Translations under genes and position numbers: made by a program
Part shown: in pieces, positions 13,258-22,524 of the stretch
Layout of the letters: the number at the start of each line of letters is the position of its first letter
Numbering within the stretch: position 1 is the first letter of the stretch
Notes under the pieces: generated by a model
Seen by the model: the letters and a program-made list of their open reading frames with translations, nothing else
Told to the model about the DNA's origin: nothing
The model's database searches: none
Source of the DNA: a virus
Lineage: Duplodnaviria; Caudoviricetes
DNA length: 64,000 nt
Direction: 5' to 3' (one strand)
IMG/VR virus record: IMGVR_UViG_2061766007_001346
Coordinates: 96,001-160,000 of that record

Positions 13258-13345
13258 ACTATATATATTATATTAATCATCTTTCGAATGCAAAGATAAT
13301 AATAATTTTTGACATATGCAATTTTTTTCTCACCTTTTCTCGGTA

Positions 13346-13422
13346 CGCAAAATTTTATAGGGGTTGACGCAAAAAATTATATAGGTTCGCGCAAAATCTT
13401 ATAGGGGTTCGCGCAAAATTTT
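13346..13422. repeat. Four iteron-like direct repeats, 22-bp period (putative origin)
   Basis: CGCAAAA at 13346, 13368, 13390 and 13412, the first three continuing into an (A/T)TATAGG(GG)TT tail; AT-rich flanks; sits at the strand switch. Confidence 0.75.
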
Positions 13423-13628
13423 TCTACTAACTATATAATATATATAAAGAGAACTATACTTAATGGCTGGCGCCAAAATGAAAAATTGTGTGTTATGAGA
13501 GGGAAAGAAGACTCAGTAATCAGCACCCCCTGCCAGTATCATTGGGGAAATGAAATTAAATATACCAATGACCGGGGTAGGGTCTAAGTTTTCAAAATTG
13601 TGATTTGACAATCAATACCAAGCATCAT

Positions 13629-14060
13629 ATGCAACTCATGTTCAACCCGAAGGAGAAAAAGACTTACATGGTCAAGGGTCTTGGTGAGGCCCGCTCCTTC
13701 CGTATCGTCGGCGAAAACGACGCATGGAAGCCACTCACGTTTGAGGTGTGGAGTGAACTCGTACCTCTTCGTGATGGAAAGAAAGAATCTCATTGTTACT
13801 GGTCCTTACCGGATGACGATGATGCGTTCTACGATTTCCTCCGCCGTGAGTACAAGCTTCGGAGAGAAGGATTCTACACATCTAACTCGATCCAGATTGG
13901 CAGAATTCAATTCTCACTCTATCGCACTCACAACGAAGTTGGTGAGTCGTACTTCTCGACCACGGCCAAGATGCCGCGACACATTCTCGTCGGAATACTC
14001 AACATCATCGATGATGAGTTCTACGAATGGATGAAAACCCAAGAAAACAATAACGATTAG
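13629..14060 (+). CDS. Early hypothetical protein
   Basis: First ORF of a tightly packed + strand block. Confidence 0.7.
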   Translation: MQLMFNPKEKKTYMVKGLGEARSFRIVGENDAWKPLTFEVWSELVPLRDGKKESHCYWSLPDDDDAFYDFLRREYKLRREGFYTSNSIQIGRIQFSLYRTHNEVGESYFSTTAKMPRHILVGILNIIDDEFYEWMKTQENNND

Positions 14061-14062
14061 CA

Positions 14063-14401
14063 ATGCTTCTCGAGTCTTTCCATCTTGCGATCAGCGAAAA
14101 GCTGGGATGGGGCGACATGTCCGCCGAAATCGCAATGCCTGCAATCAACGGGATCATCACGAATTACCTCAACATGATCAACGAGCGTACAGGCGATGTT
14201 ATCAGTCCAGAAGACGCTGTTCCTGCACTTCTGGAGAACTATACCGCAGACCAGATCTTTGGCCTGCTGGGTGACGATGGAGATCTCAATTATCTCGGTT
14301 CTGACAAGGAACGAATGTTCATTGCTCTCCGTGATGAAATTGAGGTATGGATGAAGATGGGCAATACTTTCGAGGAAGCCCGTAGAGAATGGGACGTTTA
14401 A
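14063..14401 (+). CDS. Acidic hypothetical protein
   Basis: ORF, tight packing. Confidence 0.7.
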   Translation: MLLESFHLAISEKLGWGDMSAEIAMPAINGIITNYLNMINERTGDVISPEDAVPALLENYTADQIFGLLGDDGDLNYLGSDKERMFIALRDEIEVWMKMGNTFEEARREWDV

Positions 14402-14413
14402 TGTGCAAACATC

Positions 14414-14812
14414 ATGAGAACGTACTGCGTATTCCAACTCTGCGACAAACACGGCAACTCACGCCTTGTTGATCGCATAACCGCAAGTGTCCAGGACGGC
14501 ATCAACATGTATGTCGATCGGTGCCGTTTTGGCGAAGTCCTGTTTCTTCCCGACCACAATGAGAAGAAGGACATGCCTGATTCACTGGTATTCTTAGAGC
14601 CCGAGGCAATCACACCCGCCGATATCGAGTGGCTCAGAAAGAACCAGGATTATTACAAGTTGCCTATTAAGGAGGCGATTCAGCGTTATGCCGACGAGGG
14701 CCATCTTGGCATCTATCGTGGCATTTGTGTCAAAGTTCTACACGGAGAAGTCATCGTGAAACATCTGTTTCTTGTTGAACTTCGACACGTCTATGACGAT
14801 ACTATCGTTTAA
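14414..14812 (+). CDS. Hypothetical protein
   Basis: ORF, tight packing. Confidence 0.7.
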   Translation: MRTYCVFQLCDKHGNSRLVDRITASVQDGINMYVDRCRFGEVLFLPDHNEKKDMPDSLVFLEPEAITPADIEWLRKNQDYYKLPIKEAIQRYADEGHLGIYRGICVKVLHGEVIVKHLFLVELRHVYDDTIV

Positions 14813-15152
14813 CGCAAGCGAAGCAAACATGTGCAGATTCATCAACATCAATCTCGAACAGAGATTAAGAAAAACGATCAGTTTTCAAGAACTTGTTGAA
14901 TTTGGGGCTCCGTGGTGGTTCCGTCTTGTTGTAGGTGAACAACTCACCGTTGGTTATCGAGATGATTCAGAAGTTAAGATTGTGTGGAAAGGTTCTATAT
15001 ACACAATTTCTTCCCAACACAGTCTTGCCAAACAACTGTCCAAATTTGACGTTGGATCAACTGTAAAGGTTGTTGAACGTACAACGGAACGGTACAAGCA
15101 TGATGACAAAACGTGGATGCGATTTGTTCACAAGTTTGAAATCGTAAAGTAA
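14793..15152 (+). CDS. Hypothetical protein
   Basis: ORF overlapping the previous gene end. Confidence 0.65.
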   Translation: MTILSFNASEANMCRFININLEQRLRKTISFQELVEFGAPWWFRLVVGEQLTVGYRDDSEVKIVWKGSIYTISSQHSLAKQLSKFDVGSTVKVVERTTERYKHDDKTWMRFVHKFEIVK

Positions 15153-15173
15153 TTCCCGATTCTCTCAATTCAT

Positions 15174-15332
15174 ATGGTAGATTTGAAAGTTGGAGATAAG
15201 ATAGACTTCGTTGATACAAAACACGTTCTTATAAACGGAGTCAAACACAAAATAGTTATTAAGAAACATCCTCTCCTTACAAGGACTGGTATTATGTTTA
15301 TAGCTTATTGTGAGTTTGTAAAAGACCGCTGA
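15174..15332 (+). CDS. Small hypothetical protein (52 aa)
   Basis: MVDLKVGDKIDFVD...; its TGA stop lies within the hammerhead core. Confidence 0.45.
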   Translation: MVDLKVGDKIDFVDTKHVLINGVKHKIVIKKHPLLTRTGIMFIAYCEFVKDR

Positions 15333-15403
15333 TGAGCTAGTGAAATTCTAGCGAAACGATGCCCAAGTAGGCGAAAGCTGAGCACTTGGGTTTAAGTCCG
15401 GTC
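15324..15403 (+). ncRNA. Type I hammerhead ribozyme
   Basis: GACCG-CUGAUGA-GCUAG(UGAAAUU)CUAGC-GAAAC-...-GUC^CGGUC; stem I GACCG/CGGUC; distal stem III GCCCAAGU/ACUUGGGU. Confidence 0.8.
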
Positions 15404-15452
15404 ATATGATCGAAACATTAACTCATTTATTAACATCTAATTTAAAAGCCTT

Positions 15453-15845
15453 ATGGAAATTTTCGCAAAGGAAGGCTGGGGTATCCTCGCCGTGTCTGCC
15501 AAACTCAACATCAACGACCAGATCATTCTGTGTCAGGTTCTTGACAATCTTGATCGTTTCGACGGTTTCGTCGAGAAGATCGACGCGTGGGACAAAGAGG
15601 CAGAATGTCACACGCTCCAGGAGCTTAATGAAGAGACTGGCTGTTGGGAGCCGTCTCAGTGGGCCAAGGACAATCCTCGTCCTGGTGACCCGATGGAAGA
15701 AGCTCACAAGATGGGCTTCGATCCAATGGAAGAGCAGCGGAAACTGCGCAAGTTCTGCCGTAAGCTCTGCCATATCAAGCTTGGTGAGAGCAACATCTTC
15801 GACGATGAGGCCCAAGAGGCCAAAGTCGAGAAGGTCGCAAAGTAA
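15453..15845 (+). CDS. Hypothetical protein
   Basis: ORF with strong codon bias. Confidence 0.75.
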   Translation: MEIFAKEGWGILAVSAKLNINDQIILCQVLDNLDRFDGFVEKIDAWDKEAECHTLQELNEETGCWEPSQWAKDNPRPGDPMEEAHKMGFDPMEEQRKLRKFCRKLCHIKLGESNIFDDEAQEAKVEKVAK

Positions 15846-15851
15846 CAATCT

Positions 15852-16076
15852 ATGGCACACGTTGTCACACTCTCAGAACAGCTGGAAACCGTCACACAGG
15901 CAATCCGGCCTCTCATCGATCGCCAAGAAGGCGATGACCCCGAAGGAGCAAACGGCCAGTGCAAAGCTGCAATAGCCGAATGCGAAGCTCTCGTAGCCAT
16001 GCTCAACGAAGTGAAATCACAGATTGAGTATGAGATTCTTGAACAGTGCCCAACTCCAGATCCTTACTGGGATTAG
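15852..16076 (+). CDS. Hypothetical protein
   Basis: ORF, tight packing. Confidence 0.65.
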   Translation: MAHVVTLSEQLETVTQAIRPLIDRQEGDDPEGANGQCKAAIAECEALVAMLNEVKSQIEYEILEQCPTPDPYWD

Positions 16077-16079
16077 CCT

Positions 16080-16415
16080 ATGTTACCAACATCAACTCAA
16101 CACAAGTCACCCGAGCTTCTCGTGAGTCTGCGTGTCTGCGAGACAAGCGCCGATAAAGTGAGAAATGCTCGCACCGTTCCTATGTACGAACTCACCATCA
16201 AGGATATGGGTGGTGAGTTTCCGCGTGCAGGCATCAAGGTGTGGTTGGACGGCAAAGTCATCAACGACTACGAGCTGTCTATCTTCGCCTCGCCTGGTAA
16301 AACTATGACGGTCGACAACTTGGTAGATCTTGCCAAGCGACTGGTTCGTGAGTTTAAAGCCGATCCTGCCAATCTTGACAGATATCAGGACTGGCAAGAA
16401 CGTTACATTCCTTAG
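16080..16415 (+). CDS. Hypothetical protein
   Basis: ORF, tight packing. Confidence 0.7.
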   Translation: MLPTSTQHKSPELLVSLRVCETSADKVRNARTVPMYELTIKDMGGEFPRAGIKVWLDGKVINDYELSIFASPGKTMTVDNLVDLAKRLVREFKADPANLDRYQDWQERYIP

Positions 16416-16539
16416 TATTAAGAGCACGTACACAACAGCTCCTCTATAAATGGGGCGCCTTCGCGGTGGGGCGATATACGAACCGACGCACCTGTGCGTT
16501 TAAAACAGGATATGTCAAACACTAATAACTAATTGTTCT

Positions 16540-17088
16540 ATGGCAAAGAACATTGAAGAGGTCGTGAAAGAGGCCTCTAAGGATGTCATTTTCGACTTCA
16601 AGCAGGTTGGGGAGAAACCTGAGGAATTCTCCGAGTGGCTCGAATGTGGCGAGAAGGGTATTCCCTTCGAGTTCTTCGATGGCGAGATCATCACGCTGCC
16701 GCCCTTCGACAAGATCCGGATCTGGGGTCGTCGTGAGAAGATTGGGAAGAAGACCTTCCCGATTCTCTACACTGCGATCGAGTCCGATCGTCAGGGTGCG
16801 ATCGAGATGCCTCTCTCTATCCTGAGACGCATGCCTGCCCTCAAAGATGAGATTTCCAAGCTTATGGAGGGCAATGTGCTGGGAGCACCGCTTCTGTCCA
16901 AGATGTCCGACATCAAGCGTCTGGCCAAACTCTCTCAGCTTGCTGGCGAGGGCATGATCCGCGTCACTGACGCTCCGTTCCACACCAACGACTTCGACCA
17001 GAATGGCAAGGTCATCCGTGACAGTGCCGAGAAGCCTGAGTCGGAACGTCGTCCGCTGATGTGTCACCGGTTCAACCTCGCTTCCTAG
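16540..17088 (+). CDS. Highly expressed hypothetical protein, paralog of 17198-17866
   Basis: Strong C/T-ending codon bias; shared MAKN, FDF, LSxLxR and RLAKL motifs. Confidence 0.8.
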   Translation: MAKNIEEVVKEASKDVIFDFKQVGEKPEEFSEWLECGEKGIPFEFFDGEIITLPPFDKIRIWGRREKIGKKTFPILYTAIESDRQGAIEMPLSILRRMPALKDEISKLMEGNVLGAPLLSKMSDIKRLAKLSQLAGEGMIRVTDAPFHTNDFDQNGKVIRDSAEKPESERRPLMCHRFNLAS

Positions 17089-17108
17089 TCACCACCAACT
17101 CTCGAGTT

Positions 17109-17140
17109 AAGCCCCGTCAAAAACGGGGCTTTTCTTTTTC
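17109..17140 (+). terminator. Intrinsic terminator
   Basis: AAGCCCCGT-CAAAA-ACGGGGCTT followed by TTCTTTT. Confidence 0.8.
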
Positions 17141-17197
17141 GTTTGGGAACTAAGGCATAAAATAAATCCGAAAGCAAATAACAAACTCCTTATAAGT

Positions 17198-17866
17198 ATG
17201 GCAAAAAACGTTACTATCAGCGGCGCCATTCCTGAGATGTATCAGGAGGCACAGCGCCCCTCGGAGTCTTTCGACTTCGACGAATTGAAAGGCGTAGGTG
17301 AGCCTTTCGGTGGATTCCTCACTCAGCAGGGTGACATCTGGCAGTTTGCTTCTCTCGAAGCGTATAAGACTCGTCCGGAACTCCGTCGCAAGCAGCGTGT
17401 CCAGCGTGACCTGCGTACTGGCGAGAAGCCTCGCTATGCGTTCTTCGTTCTGGCCACGCGTACCCGCGGTGGTGTCACCACTAACGAGTGGTTCTCTCTG
17501 AGCTTCCTCAGCCGCACCGATTCCGACCAGCGTCCTGTCAACGAGAGCTGGTACAAGGCCGGTGGCCACGAAGCCCGTCTGGCGAAACTCTGCGAAATGG
17601 GTGCGATCAAGGTCCTCGACGACCTGAAGATTCGCGTTCCTGTCTTCCAGGGTGGCCGTCCCAACCGCGTTCCGACGCTCGATCCTATCACCAAGGAACA
17701 GCTCGTCGACCAGTACGGCACCGCCGTCACTCACGTCGAGACGAGAGAGCAAGATGCGCATCATGTCACTCCGGTCGGAGGCGTAGTCGCAGAACTCGCC
17801 GCTGCCGCACCGGCTGACAATGCCGCTCCGGTCGAGGCCGCGGCTCCCGCCGCTCCGCAGGCGTAA
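17198..17866 (+). CDS. Highly expressed hypothetical protein with Ala/Pro tail
   Basis: Extreme codon bias; paralog of 16540-17088. Confidence 0.8.
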   Translation: MAKNVTISGAIPEMYQEAQRPSESFDFDELKGVGEPFGGFLTQQGDIWQFASLEAYKTRPELRRKQRVQRDLRTGEKPRYAFFVLATRTRGGVTTNEWFSLSFLSRTDSDQRPVNESWYKAGGHEARLAKLCEMGAIKVLDDLKIRVPVFQGGRPNRVPTLDPITKEQLVDQYGTAVTHVETREQDAHHVTPVGGVVAELAAAAPADNAAPVEAAAPAAPQA

Positions 17867-17869
17867 TGA

Positions 17870-19105
17870 AGCAGTGATTTCCTAATTGTGTCACCGTGTA
17901 TGGATTCATGCATGGTGGCACAATTAAATCACCTTCGGGTACGTTCTCACCAGATAACTGAGATATGTATCCAGACGCTCGCGGATTCTGGCTTCTAAAC
18001 CTAGACAGGAATTTAATCTTCGGATTCATTCCTTATAGGTAACACACGACTTAAAGAGACTTGTGGCTGTCTCATCGGGGGTGATGCCTATTCCCCCATC
18101 CTTTTTTAAGGCATCGAAAGACCAGATAGATGCGTAGCCGTATCATACGGATTATATATGACCTGGTTGTCACTAGCGAATCATTTCTCGCGACGTGAAG
18201 GAACACCGATCCTTGGCGAAAACAGCCTAAATTCAGGCGTGGATGACACACGTAAACTGGTCAGTCCATCCTGGCTTAATAGGGATAGTCTTGGGGAAAC
18301 GAACTGACGGACCAGACTTAAAACTTCCCAACATCGAGCGGCTCTCAAATTATGAGAGGGAGACTCACGCAAAAACATCCAGTAGAGCCCGCAGAAGAAA
18401 GGCTGTCCGTCCCTATACGCTGAGGTTTGACGGTCTGAAGGGGTGAAAATGGCAGTAAACCCTACACAACGGTGACGCCTAGTCCGTTCAATCTTTTAAC
18501 ACTGGTTAGTTAATCCAAGCCTGTATGGTATCATGCTACAGGATCGCTTCAACGAAAGTCTGGTATAAAGTGAAGTTAAATAATCTGGTCCAGAGGGTGT
18601 GGTTGGGCACCAATCCTATGCATCACAAAATATACGCGTGTGTTTTATGGTGCTATGCTAGTATACCGAGAACGTTTCCAATCAAAACGCTTATCGGACA
18701 CGTTTTTTTAGCAGGACTCCCACGGCTACTATTGAAGCCATGAGCTGAATCCTCAAACCTGGTAGGAAGGTAAAAGAGTGAGTTTTGGTGTAAGTGATTC
18801 ACTCATAGCACATCTATCCACGCACAGACTGCCAGGTTTTCCTTGAACACATTATTTTCAGTTTCATTTTTGTGCTAGGACAATCCTAGTAGTGGTTTGG
18901 TATCCCTCAACCTAGTATTGAGCAGTATATTCCACATTAAAAAAGCATCCCAAAAGGGCCCTATCCAATCTCAGGAGACCTGACAGTCTTCTGAGGTTCT
19001 ACGAGTTGGTGTTTTGACATAATTAAACTGCCTTTGCTATTCCGTATTGCTGTGAAGTACTATGGAAGAAAATAAAGCCCTGTGAATAACGGGGCTTTAT
19101 CTTTT
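17870..19105 (+). ncRNA. Large structured non-coding RNA locus (one or several RNAs), unassigned
   Basis: No credible ORF in code 11 or code 4; about 20 stem-loops with G-U pairs and UUCG loops; ends in terminator ATAAAGCCCTGT...ACGGGGCTTTAT-CTTTT. Confidence 0.65.
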
Positions 19106-19382
19106 CAAAACATTGTTTATCAATGCGTTGGCAGTGTGTGAGATTGGACACTCAATCTCTTCCTTGTTTCCTAACACTCAACTTACCTCTCAAAAATGCC
19201 GAAAATATTGCCTTTCTGTACGTACATTATAAAAAATGCAAAAAACTTTTGTTTTTAACATTTTTATTACTATTTTTGCACATTCTTGCAACATTTTGTA
19301 TGATTTTGCATCAATAATGATAAATAATGTATACTGAATGGTTATTATACTAGTGCACTATCTTATTAATACACTAATTAAC

Positions 19383-19586
19383 ATGCAAACTCGTGGACTT
19401 AATGTCATCAGAACCATACAGGTTGAGGTGACAAACAAGAAAGGTGAGACGAAGATGGAGAAAAGACATCGTCTGTTTCACGTGCGTGTAAACGCAGGCG
19501 TACCAAGTGATCATCGTATGCTGACAACAGAATATCCTGCTGTTTTGGCGTACATGAAGTACAAGAATGAAGGTTCCGACAGTTAA
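19383..19586 (+). CDS. Hypothetical protein
   Basis: ORF after an AT-rich leader. Confidence 0.55.
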   Translation: MQTRGLNVIRTIQVEVTNKKGETKMEKRHRLFHVRVNAGVPSDHRMLTTEYPAVLAYMKYKNEGSDS

Positions 19587-19875
19587 CGATTTGTCATTTC
19601 GGGAGCTTACTCCAGGGTTGTTTTGTGCCAAACATCGTTTCAATAACGGCTATGCCGTAATAATACGTTATGGCAAAGGTACAGCAACAACAGTAGGTGC
19701 TCGATATGAGATACAGATCGTTCCGTCACCACCTCAAGGACATCCGTATTTAAGTGATGATATTGTAGGATATTCTACAGCAGATGATGTCAATATGACG
19801 CTGCAAGAAGTATCTCACTTAAAGACCGTTCAAAATCAAACTAACAATGTGACGAATCCAAAATTTGATTGGTAG
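19567..19875 (+). CDS. Hypothetical phage protein
   Basis: FNNGYAV...YEI...DDIVGY motif. Confidence 0.65.
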   Translation: MKVPTVNDLSFRELTPGLFCAKHRFNNGYAVIIRYGKGTATTVGARYEIQIVPSPPQGHPYLSDDIVGYSTADDVNMTLQEVSHLKTVQNQTNNVTNPKFDW

Positions 19876-19931
19876 CATTCCGCTACCGCTGTGGACTGAG
19901 TACATTAATCTTTTTTATCTTCTATTTGTAT

Positions 19932-20270
19932 ATGTTTTATAACTGTAAGAGTGATGAGTTGGATTTTGTGCTGTATGATGATAAACCTCATACTGTAGAA
20001 GAACTGACAAAGGATTTCGGAATACAAGCCGATATTCAGCCAACAGTCGATCCTGACAAGAATCTACTGTTTGTGTCGTTAGATGAAATGATATTGACCA
20101 ATCTTGGTCTGTTCAAGAAGACTACGCTGAGTAAACTCAATTTCAATTCTTTTAATGAGTTGGAAAATGAGCATTTCCTCATTGAGGACAAGAAATCAAA
20201 GTTGTCTGCATCTAAACGACAGATGGTGGAACAAGTATACTCCGATATAGCTAAAATGTTTAATGAGTAA
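19932..20270 (+). CDS. Hypothetical protein
   Basis: ORF. Confidence 0.6.
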   Translation: MFYNCKSDELDFVLYDDKPHTVEELTKDFGIQADIQPTVDPDKNLLFVSLDEMILTNLGLFKKTTLSKLNFNSFNELENEHFLIEDKKSKLSASKRQMVEQVYSDIAKMFNE

Positions 20271-20414
20271 GATTCCTTCTAACCTATCGGAGTAGGGAGA
20301 TTATAAGACCAAGCGTTTGCTGGTATTGCCGCAATGTAAGTCTTGGCTTTTCTCCCAAAGTTTTCCATTGTGTTTTCACTCTAAAAAGCACATGTTATTT
20401 TAAACAGCTAAGTT

Positions 20415-20654
20415 ATGGCAAACGAACTTTACGGAACTTATTCCGTAATCTCGAACAAGACTGTTCGTCGAAACGAGAAGAAATTCTTCCGTTGGAAGAG
20501 CAAAGACAAAGAAATTCCTGGTCGTGAGATGGTTCAGACCAATCGTGGGTGGTTCATTGATGGACATCACGTCGATGAGGTATCTGTCGAACGTTGGTTC
20601 GCTCTCACCAAGATGGACCGTAACTGGTTCAATAAGAAGAAAAACAGGAAGTAA
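20415..20654 (+). CDS. Small basic protein
   Basis: ORF, K/R-rich. Confidence 0.65.
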   Translation: MANELYGTYSVISNKTVRRNEKKFFRWKSKDKEIPGREMVQTNRGWFIDGHHVDEVSVERWFALTKMDRNWFNKKKNRK

Positions 20655-21135
20655 TTCCTGTAGGTCTAACGCTAGCACCTAAAGAAAGTAGCGACGCTCT
20701 TTACATTCTGCAAAGGGGCCTATTGTCGTTTAGTAACCTGCGCTGATTCCGAGTAGGGTTATTGATGGCTGCCTTAACATTCCAAAGGCCCCTTTTAAAA
20801 CCAATTTATCATGATTAATAAAGGCATCGAATACTATAGCGATAAAGGCCACACATTGGAGGATGCTCAGAAAAGATTCGGAACACACCACAAGAACGAC
20901 AATCGTGGTAGACTTCCAGGTCAGTCTGAGGATTTCATTCGTCCGATATGGACTCTTCCCAAACCGAAATAGTAATGAATCAAATTCTTTCATATGTTAC
21001 TATAACAGTTGTTGCGGATGGTCCCGATACATGGAGACAACTTCTTCTGGCAATAGCACTCGTATTATGTGCTTTTGCACTAGGGATGGCTATAGCAAAC
21101 GCTGTTTGGTTCAATGACAAATAAAAACGCCTATA

Positions 21136-21399
21136 ATGAGTAAAAGCAGTCTCCTTCCCATGTTTGGAATGGAATCTCCAAAAGAAGAATTAATTGATTT
21201 CAATGATCTTCTTAATCCAAACAACATTACTGAGATTTATATCGGTGCAATAAAAAGTTGCATCGCACCTGGTGGATATAGGATTTGGAGTTCTGTAAAA
21301 TTCTCAAAAGGTGGCGCAAAGTTCGAACAGGAGTTCGATCACTGCGGATCATTGAAAGAAGCATTTACGAAACTCTTTGAATTCTGTTCTAAGCTATAA
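21136..21399 (+). CDS. Hypothetical protein
   Basis: ORF. Confidence 0.6.
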   Translation: MSKSSLLPMFGMESPKEELIDFNDLLNPNNITEIYIGAIKSCIAPGGYRIWSSVKFSKGGAKFEQEFDHCGSLKEAFTKLFEFCSKL

Positions 21400-21727
21400 G
21401 ACTTATTTCGTCGGTGGGCTCACAAAGTAAAACTTTGAATTATTCCTTGAGCCTTTAATCCAAGTAACATTGGATAGTTTCGTCCTTTCTACATAAAGGG
21501 CTATGTAACGTTGCAGATTACAACGTTGGAGGGAGGCACCAAAGCAGGCCTACAAAGGGAATCAGAATTATTACTGGCAGAAGTTCCCATTTATCGGTGA
21601 TTACCTATTCCGATACAATAATGACGATTACTCGCCGCATTCGGCGCTATAGGTATAAAATCGTTCTACGAGTAATTGTGTTAACACAGACCGTCATTAT
21701 TTTAAGAAAATTCAAAACATTAGTAAT

Positions 21728-21961
21728 ATGGCAAAAATCAAGTATTCTTACGATGATACCGGGAAAGCAAATTTTTATACCCTGGTATCTGATGAAAAAT
21801 CCACTGTTCCTTCTTGTGGTTTCCACAAGGAAGAAGAAGCTGAACTTGCATTAGCTATTGCTAATGTTCTAGAAGCACACGGATTACCGACTTATGATTT
21901 TACAACATGTATTAAGTTCGTATTCCGTATACTGCGACTCCCCAGTGTTTGGGTAGAATAA
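21728..21961 (+). CDS. Hypothetical protein
   Basis: ORF. Confidence 0.6.
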   Translation: MAKIKYSYDDTGKANFYTLVSDEKSTVPSCGFHKEEEAELALAIANVLEAHGLPTYDFTTCIKFVFRILRLPSVWVE

Positions 21962-22284
21962 TAAAAACAACGACCACTCTTTCAGGCCCCTCCATTTTCA
22001 AAAATTAAACGTCCGTTACTGCCACATATAAAGAGGTAAAATACGGTAGATAGACTACCGGGTAATTGTGTAAGCAGGCCGTTGTTTTTAAAACACAAGC
22101 TTTGCCAAAGGCTATCGTAATAAAATTCTAAACATCCAAAGTCATTGATGGCACCCTGAATTTTACTGTATATCATTACTTTGCATAATTGGCGAGTATG
22201 ACCTCTGTCAGTTAGTGTTCTAGTAAAGTGGTTTACTGGTTTTATGGGTGTAAAATGCAAAACTGTTTAATTTAAACTATCACT

Positions 22285-22524
22285 ATGTGGAGATTATTTA
22301 TTATGCTTGTAGGATTACTGGCATTGGTATATTACATCATGGTAATCTTGCAAGGTGCGGGAGTGATTCAATTCACCAATCGAAAACTCACGCCTGGTAG
22401 AATGTTCATTCCGTTCTACTATTGGCTCGCAAAACCTCAAGAGCAGTCGAAACGCAAGAAAGACAAACTTGTTAAACCTATTAAACAAACAAACGAAAAT
22501 GAAACCGGTTCAAGTGAATCGTAG
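22285..22524 (+). CDS. Small membrane protein
   Basis: Hydrophobic N-terminus, upstream of the SPFH gene. Confidence 0.65.
   Translation: MWRLFIMLVGLLALVYYIMVILQGAGVIQFTNRKLTPGRMFIPFYYWLAKPQEQSKRKKDKLVKPIKQTNENETGSSES

Noticed and set aside
13346-13422. CRISPR array
   Set aside because: Units are contiguous 22-bp repeats without unique spacers; no cas genes
16522-17764. Long antisense ORFs (16522-17067, 17150-17764; also 29474-30226, 45529-46188)
   Set aside because: Shadows of strongly codon-biased sense genes; no independent motifs
18181-18743. Small ORFs inside the large non-coding locus
   Set aside because: At most 72 aa, weak starts, atypical composition, and only slightly extended by TGA read-through
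19190-19330. AT-rich TTTTGCA/TGCAAAA repeats as a defined element
   Set aside because: Low complexity; may be a promoter region, but no consensus could be supported
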